Of a stretch of 64,000 nucleotides of DNA, positions 9,594-17,160 are shown one piece after another. Source of the DNA: Candidatus Spechtbacteria bacterium (GTDB lineage: Bacteria > Patescibacteriota > Minisyncoccia > Spechtbacterales > JACPHP01); the NCBI GenBank assembly GCA_016188605.1, contig JACPHP010000009.1, positions 24,786 to 88,785 on the forward strand, given 5' to 3'. The translations under genes and the position numbers were made by a program. Under the pieces are notes generated by a model. It was not told where the DNA came from, did not search any database, and saw only the letters and a program-made list of their open reading frames with translations. Each line of letters begins with the position of its first letter. The stretch's first letter is position 1.

Positions 9594-9796
9594 AGTGTGT
9601 GTAAAAAATTTTCAATTTTCAATGATCAATTTTCAATCAATGACCTAATGTCCTAATTTTCTCCGCCTGAGGCGGATCAGCCTATGGCTGAAAACACACG
9701 ATTAGAAATTGAAACATTGAAAATTTATTGCGTAGAGCAACGTGGTTGCCACGCAACTCTACGTTGTAAATTGAAAATTGATCATTGAAAATTCAG
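9594..9796. repeat. Palindromic intergenic element, 'ttttcaa' heptamer family, with a central double GC hairpin
   Basis: The left arm has degenerate 7-mer tandems (ttttcaa ttttcaa tgatcaa ttttcaa tcaatga). The centre at 9661-9695 holds ccgcc-tga-ggcgg plus tcagcc-tat-ggctga, and a nested hairpin cgtagag...gttgc-cac-gcaac...ctctacg. The right arm is the inverted array (attgaaaattgatcattgaaaatt). It belongs to the same family as 62630-62770. Confidence 0.6.
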
Positions 9797-10375
9797 TTAT
9801 CGTCCCCCTAAAATCTTCAGCGCCGCTTTAATTTTCTCTTCGGGCGTCACAGGGCCTTCGGGAAGCGCTCGCAAAACTTTTTGCGCATCGCCTCTGGAAT
9901 AGCCAAGAGTGGCTAGCGCCTCCAGCACATCAGTTTCTTCTTTAATATTTCCTGGTAACGTGCCCCACTCTTCGCCGTACTTATCTTTTAATTCCAACAC
10001 CACTTTTTGCGCGATTTTATTGCCAATGCCAGACACACGCGTCAGCATCGTAGTATCACCCGAAGCAATGGCGCGTTGAAGCGTATCAACCGGCGCGGCA
10101 TTCAAAATCCCCATCGCGCCCTTCGGCCCGATACCCGAAACTGTCAGCAAAATTCTAAACATCTGCTCGTCCGCCTTAGTCGGAAAGCCGTAAAGCTCCA
10201 TCACTGTTTCGCGAATATAGTGAAAGGTATAAAGAGTTTTGTCTTGGCCTATTTCGCGCGCAAATTGCGGAATATCGCGCGGCACGCAAAAAATCCGATA
10301 GCCAACACCCTGCACGTCACAAAGCACGGCGTTGTCCTCTACTTCTAGTATTTTACCTCGTAGGAATCCTATCAT
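9797..10375 (-). CDS. ruvA: Holliday junction branch migration protein RuvA
   Basis: MIGFLRGKI..., HhH motifs GIGPKGAMGILN and VSGIGNKIAQKVVLELKDK, 192 aa. Confidence 0.9.
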   Translation of the reverse strand: MIGFLRGKILEVEDNAVLCDVQGVGYRIFCVPRDIPQFAREIGQDKTLYTFHYIRETVMELYGFPTKADEQMFRILLTVSGIGPKGAMGILNAAPVDTLQRAIASGDTTMLTRVSGIGNKIAQKVVLELKDKYGEEWGTLPGNIKEETDVLEALATLGYSRGDAQKVLRALPEGPVTPEEKIKAALKILGGR

Positions 10376-10393
10376 AAGCCAATTATGGCACTA

Positions 10394-10423
10394 TTTACCC
10401 TAACCCTCAAGTTATGCTATAAT
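10394..10423 (+). promoter_or_regulatory. Candidate sigma70-type promoter for uvrB with an extended -10 (TGcTATAAT)
   Basis: tgctataat at 10415-10423. Weak -35 tttacc at 10394-10399 with an 18-bp spacer. It lies about 150 bp upstream of uvrB, with the hairpin repeat in the leader. Confidence 0.35.
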
Positions 10424-10469
10424 AGTGTGCTTTGGAAAGTAACAATGAATATGCGTACGTAAGTAAGAG

Positions 10470-10540
10470 TGTCATCTAGAACGCCCTGCCGTTGCGGGGC
10501 GGAGAGATCTCTCGTCGTTGCTACGACTTCGAGATGACAA
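10470..10540. repeat. Copy 2 of the 39-nt-core hairpin element, in the uvrB 5' leader
   Basis: gagagatctctcgtcgttgctacgacttcgagatgacaa at 10502-10540. It is preceded by the GC mini-hairpin ccctgccgttgcgggg and the flank gtcatctaga. Confidence 0.6.
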
Positions 10541-10575
10541 AATTAGGGAAATAGATAAGCTAGGTAAGTAACTTT

Positions 10576-12615
10576 ATGAAATTCAAACTTGTCTCCCCAT
10601 TTAGTCCCACCGGCGACCAACCCCAAGCAATCAAACAATTGTCCGAGGGCGTTTTGACTGGAAAGAAACATCAGGTTCTGCTTGGCGTTACAGGATCAGG
10701 TAAAACATTTACCGTGGCTTCGGTGATTGAAAAAGTACAAAAACCGACGCTGGTTATGTCACCCAACAAAACTCTCGCGTGGCAGCTGTATCAGGAGTTC
10801 AAGGAATTTTTTCCGGACAACGCTGTGGAATATTTTGTCAGCTATTACGACTATTATCAGCCGGAAGCATATATACCCCAGAGCGATACATACATAGAAA
10901 AGGACGCGCGTGTTAACGAAAAAATCGACCAGATGCGCCACCAGTCAGTGCAAAGTCTTTTAACTCGCAATGATGTTATAGTCATCGCTTCTGTGTCGTG
11001 CATCTATAACCTTGGCTCTCCCAAAGAATATCAAGCTGTTAGCGTGCGCATCGCGCAGGGGCAAAATATATCACGCCAACAATTCTTGCACGAGCTGGTG
11101 CGTTTAGGATACACGCGAAATGACATTGCTCCGGGCCCGGGAAATTTCAGCGCTAAAGGCGCGCAAGTAAAAGTGCATCCTTCAACCGGCCTTAATGTAG
11201 TACAGATAGAATTTGATAAGAATACTGTAAGTAAAATCGCGATGGTAGATGATACGAAGATGTTGAAGCTTAGCTTCAACGAGCTCGTTGAAGCTAAGCT
11301 TCAACATCTTGTGGACACAGTATCAATCTTCCCAGCGCACTTTTGGATAACGCCGGAAGAAAAACTGCGTATTGCAATTGTAAATATAAAACAAGAATTG
11401 CAAACAGCTCTGGCGAATTTGCGCGCGCAAGGAAAACTGCTTGAAGCGCAACGCCTGGAAAGCCGCACCAATTACGACATTGAGCTGATTGAGCAAACAG
11501 GCTGGTGCCACGGCATTGAAAACTATTCTTCGCACTTGGAGTTCCGCCCGGAAGGTTCTTCGCCCTACACTTTGCTTGATTATCTCGCCGAGTCACAAAA
11601 AGATTTTCTCACGATTATAGACGAATCACATCTTGCAGTCCCGCAGGTTGGCGGCATGTATTTTGGTGACAAAGCTAGAAAAACGACATTGGTTGATTAT
11701 GGCTTTCGATTGCCTTCAGCCAAAGACAATCGACCGCTTAAGTTTAGCGAATTTGAGGATCGTATTGGCCAGAGAGTATATGTAAGCGCCACGCCCGGGC
11801 ACTACGAATACGACGAAATAAAAATACAGGACGAGGAACAGTCTCTTTTAGGAAGGACCGACCCTCCTAATGCCTCGCTGGTGGAACAGGTCATCCGCCC
11901 GACCGGCCTTGTTGACCCATCGATAGAAATTCGCCCCACAGAAAACCAGATGAGAGACGCGATTGCGGAAATTGAAAAGCGTATCGCCAAAGGCCAGCGT
12001 TCTCTCGTAGTTACTATTACAAAGCGCCTCGCTGAAGATATTGCGGAATACTTGGCAGAGGAAAATATTACGGCCGCCTATCTGCACTCGGAAATCCACA
12101 CGCTGGAACGGCCAAAAATTTTGCGCGATTTACGCCTTGGCGTGTATGACGTTTTGGTGGGAATAAATCTTTTGCGCGAGGGATTGGACTTACCAGAAAC
12201 CTCTCTTGTAGTTATTTTTGACGCGGATAAAGAAGGATTTTTGCGCAACGAAACAACGCTTGTGCAAACTATGGGTCGCGCCGCGCGCCATCTTGAGGGG
12301 CACGTAATTATGTACGCCGACCAAGTCACCGGCTCCATGAAACGCGCTATATCCGAAGTTGACCGCAGACGAAAAATCCAGATTGCCTACAACGAAGAAC
12401 ACAACATCACCCCTAGAGGAGTAGAAAAGAAGATATATGATATGCCGGACGGGCTTAATCAAGAGGAAGAAAATGAAGAAGATTACTCCCCTGTCCAGAA
12501 ACTAGATGCCGGCGCGCAAAAGGAGATTGAAAAGCAAATGAAAATAGCGGCCAAAAATTTGGACTTTGAGAAGGCGGCGAAGTTAAGAGACAAACTCAAT
12601 AGAACCGCTTTATAA
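10576..12615 (+). CDS. uvrB: Excinuclease ABC subunit B (UvrB)
   Basis: GVTGSGKTF, helicase motifs, and a C-terminal UVR domain (FEKAAKLRDKLN), 679 aa. Confidence 0.9.
   Translation: MKFKLVSPFSPTGDQPQAIKQLSEGVLTGKKHQVLLGVTGSGKTFTVASVIEKVQKPTLVMSPNKTLAWQLYQEFKEFFPDNAVEYFVSYYDYYQPEAYIPQSDTYIEKDARVNEKIDQMRHQSVQSLLTRNDVIVIASVSCIYNLGSPKEYQAVSVRIAQGQNISRQQFLHELVRLGYTRNDIAPGPGNFSAKGAQVKVHPSTGLNVVQIEFDKNTVSKIAMVDDTKMLKLSFNELVEAKLQHLVDTVSIFPAHFWITPEEKLRIAIVNIKQELQTALANLRAQGKLLEAQRLESRTNYDIELIEQTGWCHGIENYSSHLEFRPEGSSPYTLLDYLAESQKDFLTIIDESHLAVPQVGGMYFGDKARKTTLVDYGFRLPSAKDNRPLKFSEFEDRIGQRVYVSATPGHYEYDEIKIQDEEQSLLGRTDPPNASLVEQVIRPTGLVDPSIEIRPTENQMRDAIAEIEKRIAKGQRSLVVTITKRLAEDIAEYLAEENITAAYLHSEIHTLERPKILRDLRLGVYDVLVGINLLREGLDLPETSLVVIFDADKEGFLRNETTLVQTMGRAARHLEGHVIMYADQVTGSMKRAISEVDRRRKIQIAYNEEHNITPRGVEKKIYDMPDGLNQEEENEEDYSPVQKLDAGAQKEIEKQMKIAAKNLDFEKAAKLRDKLNRTAL
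11257..11310. repeat. 54-bp perfect palindrome centred on GAGCTC inside the uvrB coding sequence
   Basis: aagatgttgaagcttagcttcaacgagctcgttgaagctaagcttcaacatctt is its own reverse complement. It is in frame and encodes KMLKLSFNELVEAKLQHL. Confidence 0.85.
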
Positions 12616-12655
12616 ATACTTGCTTAGAATTAAAAACTATGCTAACGTAGCCCAT

Positions 12656-12913
12656 ATGCCTATTACTAAATCAGCTAAAAAAGCTTTGCGACAAAGCGCC
12701 AAGCGACGCGAGCACAATTCGTCTGCCAAAAAAGCGATGAAAAACGCTATTAAGGACCTAAAGAAGCTCGTCCGCGAAGGCAAAACAGAAGAAGCTAGAA
12801 AACAGCTTCCGGCAGTATACAAAGTGCTTGATAAGTCGGCTAAAACCAATCTTATTAAGAAAAATACTGCGGCGCGCTACAAGTCACGCATTGCAAAATC
12901 CGTGGCAAAATAG
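12656..12913 (+). CDS. rpsT: 30S ribosomal protein S20
   Basis: MPITKSAKKALRQSAKRREHN... is a typical S20 N-terminus. The ORF-track start at 12620 is probably too far upstream, so I chose the internal ATG at 12656. Confidence 0.8.
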   Translation: MPITKSAKKALRQSAKRREHNSSAKKAMKNAIKDLKKLVREGKTEEARKQLPAVYKVLDKSAKTNLIKKNTAARYKSRIAKSVAK

Positions 12914-12943
12914 CCACTGCTGTGGCTCGCAGAATAACGCAGA

Positions 12944-13969
12944 CTAAACGCGGAAAAACGCAGACAATTTCTGCGACTGTCCGCGTGTGTCAGCGAGTGC
13001 CCCGCTAAAGGCACTGGCGACACGAAGCGCAAGGAGCTCTACACCCAACTGCGGGTCTAGAGCTCCTTGTTTTATTAACACGTCTGTTTCATGCACCGCC
13101 TGCATTAAATCTTGAGCAGACTGCCACGAAATGCGCCTTGCCATATGAGATGTTTTGCGAAGAACAAATGGATGAACGCCAGCCAAAAACCCTTTCTTGT
13201 TGAAAGGGTTTTTGGCTACCCCCTCACTCTGCGATTTTAGCGCAGTGACAACACGCATCTGCCGCGCGATCATGGCAAGCAGGTAAAGAGGATCATCCCC
13301 TGCTTTAATATGGCTTTCAATTTGCGACAAACTATTCTTTACATCACCCGCAAAAAGAGCGTCTATTGTTGAAAAAATTTGTACTTGTTGGGGCGGTGGG
13401 GCAAGCATCTCCACGTCAGATTGTTTTATAGTCCCACCCTCAGCATAGGCACGAAGTTTTTGAATGTCGTTAGCCGTCTGCCATGAATCACCTTCACGCC
13501 ACTGGCTAAATAGCGTTAACGCTTTTGGCTCAAACAAAATACCGTGCGCCTCGGCAAGCTTTAACACCCATGCGCGAAACGCGGGACCGCGTAAAAAAGA
13601 AAATTCCTGTTTTTTTTCAGCTATCTTTTCTATCACAGAGGATTCCTTCACCGAGCTTGCCAGCGCTTCATCCCAGAAAACAATAAATGCCTGCGTGTCA
13701 TCGGCAATGGCGGCGTGGTTTTTATTCGCCCCCAAGTCGCGCAAGAAATCCTTGCTTTCAAGCGCGCGCTCCACAACAATAAGACGCTTTGGCGCAAATA
13801 AAGATCTGTCGCCGAAACGCTCCCAAAAAATACCAAAACCGTCTTGCGGCGCATAGATAGTGGACTCTGCGAGACCGCTGCCATATTTACTCCTATATGC
13901 CCCAACAAACTCACGCATTTTAGCTCGCGAGCGATATGTGTCTGGTCCGTGCAGAAAGATAATCATCAC
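12944..13969 (-). CDS. holA: DNA polymerase III delta subunit (HolA)
   Basis: N-terminal MIIFLHGPDTY..., length 341 aa, helical C-terminus typical of delta. Confidence 0.65.
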   Translation of the reverse strand: MMIIFLHGPDTYRSRAKMREFVGAYRSKYGSGLAESTIYAPQDGFGIFWERFGDRSLFAPKRLIVVERALESKDFLRDLGANKNHAAIADDTQAFIVFWDEALASSVKESSVIEKIAEKKQEFSFLRGPAFRAWVLKLAEAHGILFEPKALTLFSQWREGDSWQTANDIQKLRAYAEGGTIKQSDVEMLAPPPQQVQIFSTIDALFAGDVKNSLSQIESHIKAGDDPLYLLAMIARQMRVVTALKSQSEGVAKNPFNKKGFLAGVHPFVLRKTSHMARRISWQSAQDLMQAVHETDVLIKQGALDPQLGVELLALRVASAFSGALADTRGQSQKLSAFFRV

Positions 13970-14032
13970 TGCAATACTAGCACGAAAATCGCTTGAGGAT
14001 TAGGACTTACGCTTTTGCCTGTCATCTTTAAT

Positions 14033-14094
14033 GTAGAAATACATTCTCTTGTATTTCTTGTTAAACGTAGAAATACATTCTCTTGTATTTCTTG
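14033..14094. repeat. Two tandem copies of the 28-bp hairpin unit gtagaaatacattctcttgtatttcttg, separated by ttaaac
   Basis: Units at 14033-14060 and 14067-14094. Each is agaaataca-ttctct-tgtatttct. The same unit (ctg variant) is embedded in the composite elements at 24936-24966 and 28896-28925. Confidence 0.7.
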
Positions 14095-14112
14095 TCGAGG
14101 AGTAGAAACTCC

Positions 14113-14151
14113 GAGAGATCTCTCGTCGTTGTTACGACTTCGAGATGACAA
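14113..14151. repeat. Copy 3 of the 39-nt-core hairpin element
   Basis: gagagatctctcgtcgttgttacgacttcgagatgacaa, preceded by the mini-hairpin ggag-tagaaa-ctcc. Confidence 0.6.
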
Positions 14152-14249
14152 ACTATCTATATCCAAATGCATTCAAACGCGCAAATCCTAAGAATAAAAA
14201 ATTTGCTTGTGTTTTCCTTGTTTATTCTACTGTTGATTATTTTTAGAAA

Positions 14250-14475
14250 CATTGTGTATACACGCCATATCTTATTGTATACAAAAATACACAGTTTGTA
14301 ATGAAAAATAATCAGACATAGGGCGGGGTGTTGTTTTTGCTTTATTTAAGCCAAAATACAAACTGTGTATAACTTTTGTGAGCAAACATTTTCGTGTATT
14401 TTAAGATTGCAGTTGTTTCTTTTTATACACATTGGTATAATAAAAGATGTCCCCATTGTTATACACAGGTCTTTA
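14250..14475. promoter_or_regulatory. AT-rich regulatory region with at least five TGTATACA-like palindromic motifs and a -10-like TATAAT, upstream of the XRE regulator
   Basis: tgtgtatacac (14253-14263), ttgtatacaaaaatacacagtttgta (about 14275-14300), tacaaactgtgtataac (14356-14374), ttatacacattggtataat (14422-14440) and ttatacacag (about 14460). The 14287-14301 and 14356-14370 segments are reverse complements of each other. Confidence 0.45.
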
Positions 14476-14491
14476 GAATAAACTTACTGCA

Positions 14492-14570
14492 GTGGGTTAG
14501 ACGAATAATTACTATTTCTCTGTGGCCCAGACCCCCGCCCAGCCACCACAAAGAAATAGTAATTATTCGG
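14492..14570. other. Long hairpin (24-bp stem, 1 mismatch; C-rich 17-nt loop) 20 bp upstream of the XRE regulator start
   Basis: cgaataattactatttctctgtgg ... ccacaaagaaatagtaattattcg. No downstream U-tract, so this is not a classical terminator. Confidence 0.5.
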
Positions 14571-14590
14571 CTCTTCATTGATGCAATACT

Positions 14591-14971
14591 ATGAAACCTT
14601 TTGAAAAACCATCACGAAACATGCAGTTATTGGGCCAGTATCTTAAATCCTTGCGCCTTGATTTTGGGCTAAGCATGCACGAGATAGCACGCCGCACTTC
14701 TCTCACTCCAAGCTATATATCTAAAATTGAATCTGGCGCGGTATTTCAATCAATCACAGTGCAAACACTTCAAGAGTTTGCTAAGGCATACAACTTGCCC
14801 GTGCAGCTCATTTTGGAGCGCGCTGGTTTTATCGAAGAATCTGCCGATGGCCTGCCAGCCCTCGGCGCATACCTTAAATCCAAACACCGTGCGCCGCACC
14901 AGGCGGTGCAGGAAATGGAATTGGCGTGGGAAATAATCAAGAAGAAATATTTATTGGATCGTACTCAATAA
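14591..14971 (+). CDS. XRE-family helix-turn-helix transcriptional regulator
   Basis: HTH segment LSMHEIARRTSLTPSYISKIESG (Cro/C1-type), 126 aa. Confidence 0.7.
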   Translation: MKPFEKPSRNMQLLGQYLKSLRLDFGLSMHEIARRTSLTPSYISKIESGAVFQSITVQTLQEFAKAYNLPVQLILERAGFIEESADGLPALGAYLKSKHRAPHQAVQEMELAWEIIKKKYLLDRTQ

Positions 14972-15017
14972 GCAATACAAAAGCCTCCACAATTGTGGAG
15001 GCTTTTGTATTGCTTAT
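14968..15017. terminator. 50-bp perfect palindrome; bidirectional intrinsic terminator between the convergent XRE and DUF3048 genes
   Basis: aataagcaatacaaaagcctccacaattgtggaggcttttgtattgcttat. GC-rich stem gcctccaca/tgtggaggc followed by T-runs on both strands. Confidence 0.7.
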
Positions 15018-15018
15018 A

Positions 15019-16068
15019 TTATTCTCCTATCCAATCAACCCTAGTCCCGGGATCGGCAATTTGAATCCACATAGTACCCCTTACTAAAAATACTTGTTTG
15101 CCATCTTTATCTAAAAACTCTAACGGGCTTGAAAGTTTTCTGGCATCTTTACGCCATTTAGCTTCCTGCCTTATTCCTTTCTGAAAAACCAGCGCGTCTC
15201 CCTCGCCCGTCACCGCCACCGTATTGTAATCTTTCTCTAGTTGGTGTGACGGCGCGAACATCACAACCACAACATCCGCGCTAACTTGTTGCTGCGTCAA
15301 CGCGTCAACTTCTTTCATATTACTGCGTGAACGTAAATATTTACCCGAGGATGGATCATAGGCGTAATCAACGCGGGCGGGATAATAAATCTTCAGTGTG
15401 CCGCTTTTATCGTTTCTCCCTTCGTTTGAGATACGGGCATATCCTGCAAATGTAGATGTTAGACTATAATCCAATCCCTGCGCCGCACGCAACATATTAT
15501 CAACCGACGTAAAGCCGTTATGCGGCGCTCTCACATATGATTTACGCCAGAATGTGTTAAATGGGTTCACTAAAGCATCGATACGATCTATAACATTCAA
15601 TTTTAATTCGTCTAACGCGTAGTGCGACCCTCCCCAATGAACAAATATCGCGTCAAAACCCGCGGCAAGCGGAATAAAATCGTGGCGCGCGGAACGAACA
15701 GACCCTATTTCTGACGACAAACTACATTGAAAAAGCGCCATCATGCGGTTAATGCCATTTGTAATCACCGGCATTTCAATAACAACATCAGCCAACCCAA
15801 TACCTGAAAGCGGACGAGCGACCTGATCTTCGGCCATCATCACGGCAAACGGCCTGCGTCCCGCGCTCTCGCCTTGCCCTTCCGTAGCTTTAGGCGAAGG
15901 AGGGCACGGCTCGCCGCGTAGAGAACTTATTGGTAAAATTATTTCTGGCACATCTTTTGCTACGGGCGCATTATTTTTTTCTTCCAGCGCCTTGTCAAAC
16001 ACCATAATCCTGTTGGGAATAATAAAAATACCCGCCGCGCCGATAAGCCCCGCGCCTATTGTTGCCAA
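15019..16068 (-). CDS. DUF3048-family secreted protein (YerB-like)
   Basis: N-terminal TM/signal segment. Motifs RPFAVMMAEDQVARPLSGIGLADVVIEMPV and IGSVRSARHDFIPLAAGFDAIFVHWGGS match my recall of DUF3048. Confidence 0.55.
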   Translation of the reverse strand: MATIGAGLIGAAGIFIIPNRIMVFDKALEEKNNAPVAKDVPEIILPISSLRGEPCPPSPKATEGQGESAGRRPFAVMMAEDQVARPLSGIGLADVVIEMPVITNGINRMMALFQCSLSSEIGSVRSARHDFIPLAAGFDAIFVHWGGSHYALDELKLNVIDRIDALVNPFNTFWRKSYVRAPHNGFTSVDNMLRAAQGLDYSLTSTFAGYARISNEGRNDKSGTLKIYYPARVDYAYDPSSGKYLRSRSNMKEVDALTQQQVSADVVVVMFAPSHQLEKDYNTVAVTGEGDALVFQKGIRQEAKWRKDARKLSSPLEFLDKDGKQVFLVRGTMWIQIADPGTRVDWIGE

Positions 16069-16137
16069 AAAAACCGCCTTTTTGCGGTTTTTTATCTGTA
16101 TTAGAATATTATCTATCGAAAAAATAAAAATAAAGAT

Positions 16138-16698
16138 TTAATAAATAACCCTTCCTTCGAGATGGTCTTTTGCGACAAACCCGAACCGTCGCGAATCAAA
16201 GGAGCTAGCATCAATCTCGTCTCCTAAAATTAAATACAAATCATTCTGGACTTTGCCGTCTTGAAGTTGTTTGGAGAGAATGTTTGAAGAAATTGAAGAA
16301 AAAACGTATTTTTGACCAGCCGAATTTACAAGCGGCGTGCCGTTGAGAAGCGCATTCTCTCCTTGGAAAGAAATTTCATCGCCTGGCACCGCGCCAATCT
16401 TTTTAATCAATAAGTCATCTCGCGTAGCGAATGCAAGAATAGCCACATCTCCTCTTTGTACTGGATTGCACGAATAGTAACCATAAAGCGAGTGTACTTT
16501 CTGCCCATCTTTTAATAACGGGACCATGGAAACACCTTTAACGTTATCGCTTGCCTCTCTGGTTATGCATGCGGTTTCATGGCTCTTCTTCGTCAACAAA
16601 AACCCCCCTGCGGCTAGGATAATAGCGGCTGTAATGATTAGATACAGAAGCCTTCTATCGCGCAATGCGTTAAGCATTTTTTCGCTAATATATTGCAT
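16138..16698 (-). CDS. lepB: Signal peptidase I
   Basis: S26 motifs GVSMVPLL (SM box), KKIGAVPGDEI and GDEIDASSFDSRRFGFV. The ORF-track start at 16737 would overlap the upstream gene, so I chose the ATG at 16698. Confidence 0.75.
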   Translation of the reverse strand: MQYISEKMLNALRDRRLLYLIITAAIILAAGGFLLTKKSHETACITREASDNVKGVSMVPLLKDGQKVHSLYGYYSCNPVQRGDVAILAFATRDDLLIKKIGAVPGDEISFQGENALLNGTPLVNSAGQKYVFSSISSNILSKQLQDGKVQNDLYLILGDEIDASSFDSRRFGFVAKDHLEGRVIY

Positions 16699-16711
16699 AT
16701 AGAGGCTATTC

Positions 16712-17140
16712 CTATAAATCTTTTTTAATTTTTTCAATGATTTCAGCCGGTGTGAACTGTGCCTTAACTAGATAATCTTTAGCGCCCAGCGCTCGAGCGC
16801 GCTCAACGTCATCTTCTTGTCCCAAATTAGAAAGCACAATGACGGGAATGTTCTCTGTCTCTTTTTTCTGTTTAAGCTGGCGAAGAACCTCGAAACCGTC
16901 AATGCCCGGCAAAATTATATCAAGCAAAATAATCTGCGGCTTGTTGTTGAGCGCCTTATTTAATCCCTCCTCCCCATCAATCGCCTCGAAGACAGTAAAA
17001 CCCTCTTCAATAAGCTTATGAACAATAAGATCTCTAAGAAATTGATCGTCTTCAACAACAAGAACTGCTGTAGATTTGGTTGTATCAAAACTATCTGTTT
17101 TTTCACTCATCTCTTGATTGTTTATTTTATTATCTTTCAT
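16712..17140 (-). CDS. Single-domain response regulator (CheY-like receiver)
   Basis: VLVVEDD...LLDIILPGIDGFEV...IPVIVLSN...AKDYLVK receiver-domain signature. No output domain. Confidence 0.75.
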   Translation of the reverse strand: MKDNKINNQEMSEKTDSFDTTKSTAVLVVEDDQFLRDLIVHKLIEEGFTVFEAIDGEEGLNKALNNKPQIILLDIILPGIDGFEVLRQLKQKKETENIPVIVLSNLGQEDDVERARALGAKDYLVKAQFTPAEIIEKIKKDL

Positions 17141-17160
17141 AAATATTATGGCTCTTAATT

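Noticed and set aside
12637-12849. 70-aa minus-strand ORF inside rpsT
   Set aside because: Antisense to the S20 gene. No support.
14033-14094. Possible CRISPR array (28-bp hairpin repeat in tandem)
   Set aside because: Only two repeat units, separated by a 6-bp spacer. No further units and no cas genes in the window. The unit is a member of the dispersed hairpin-repeat family instead.
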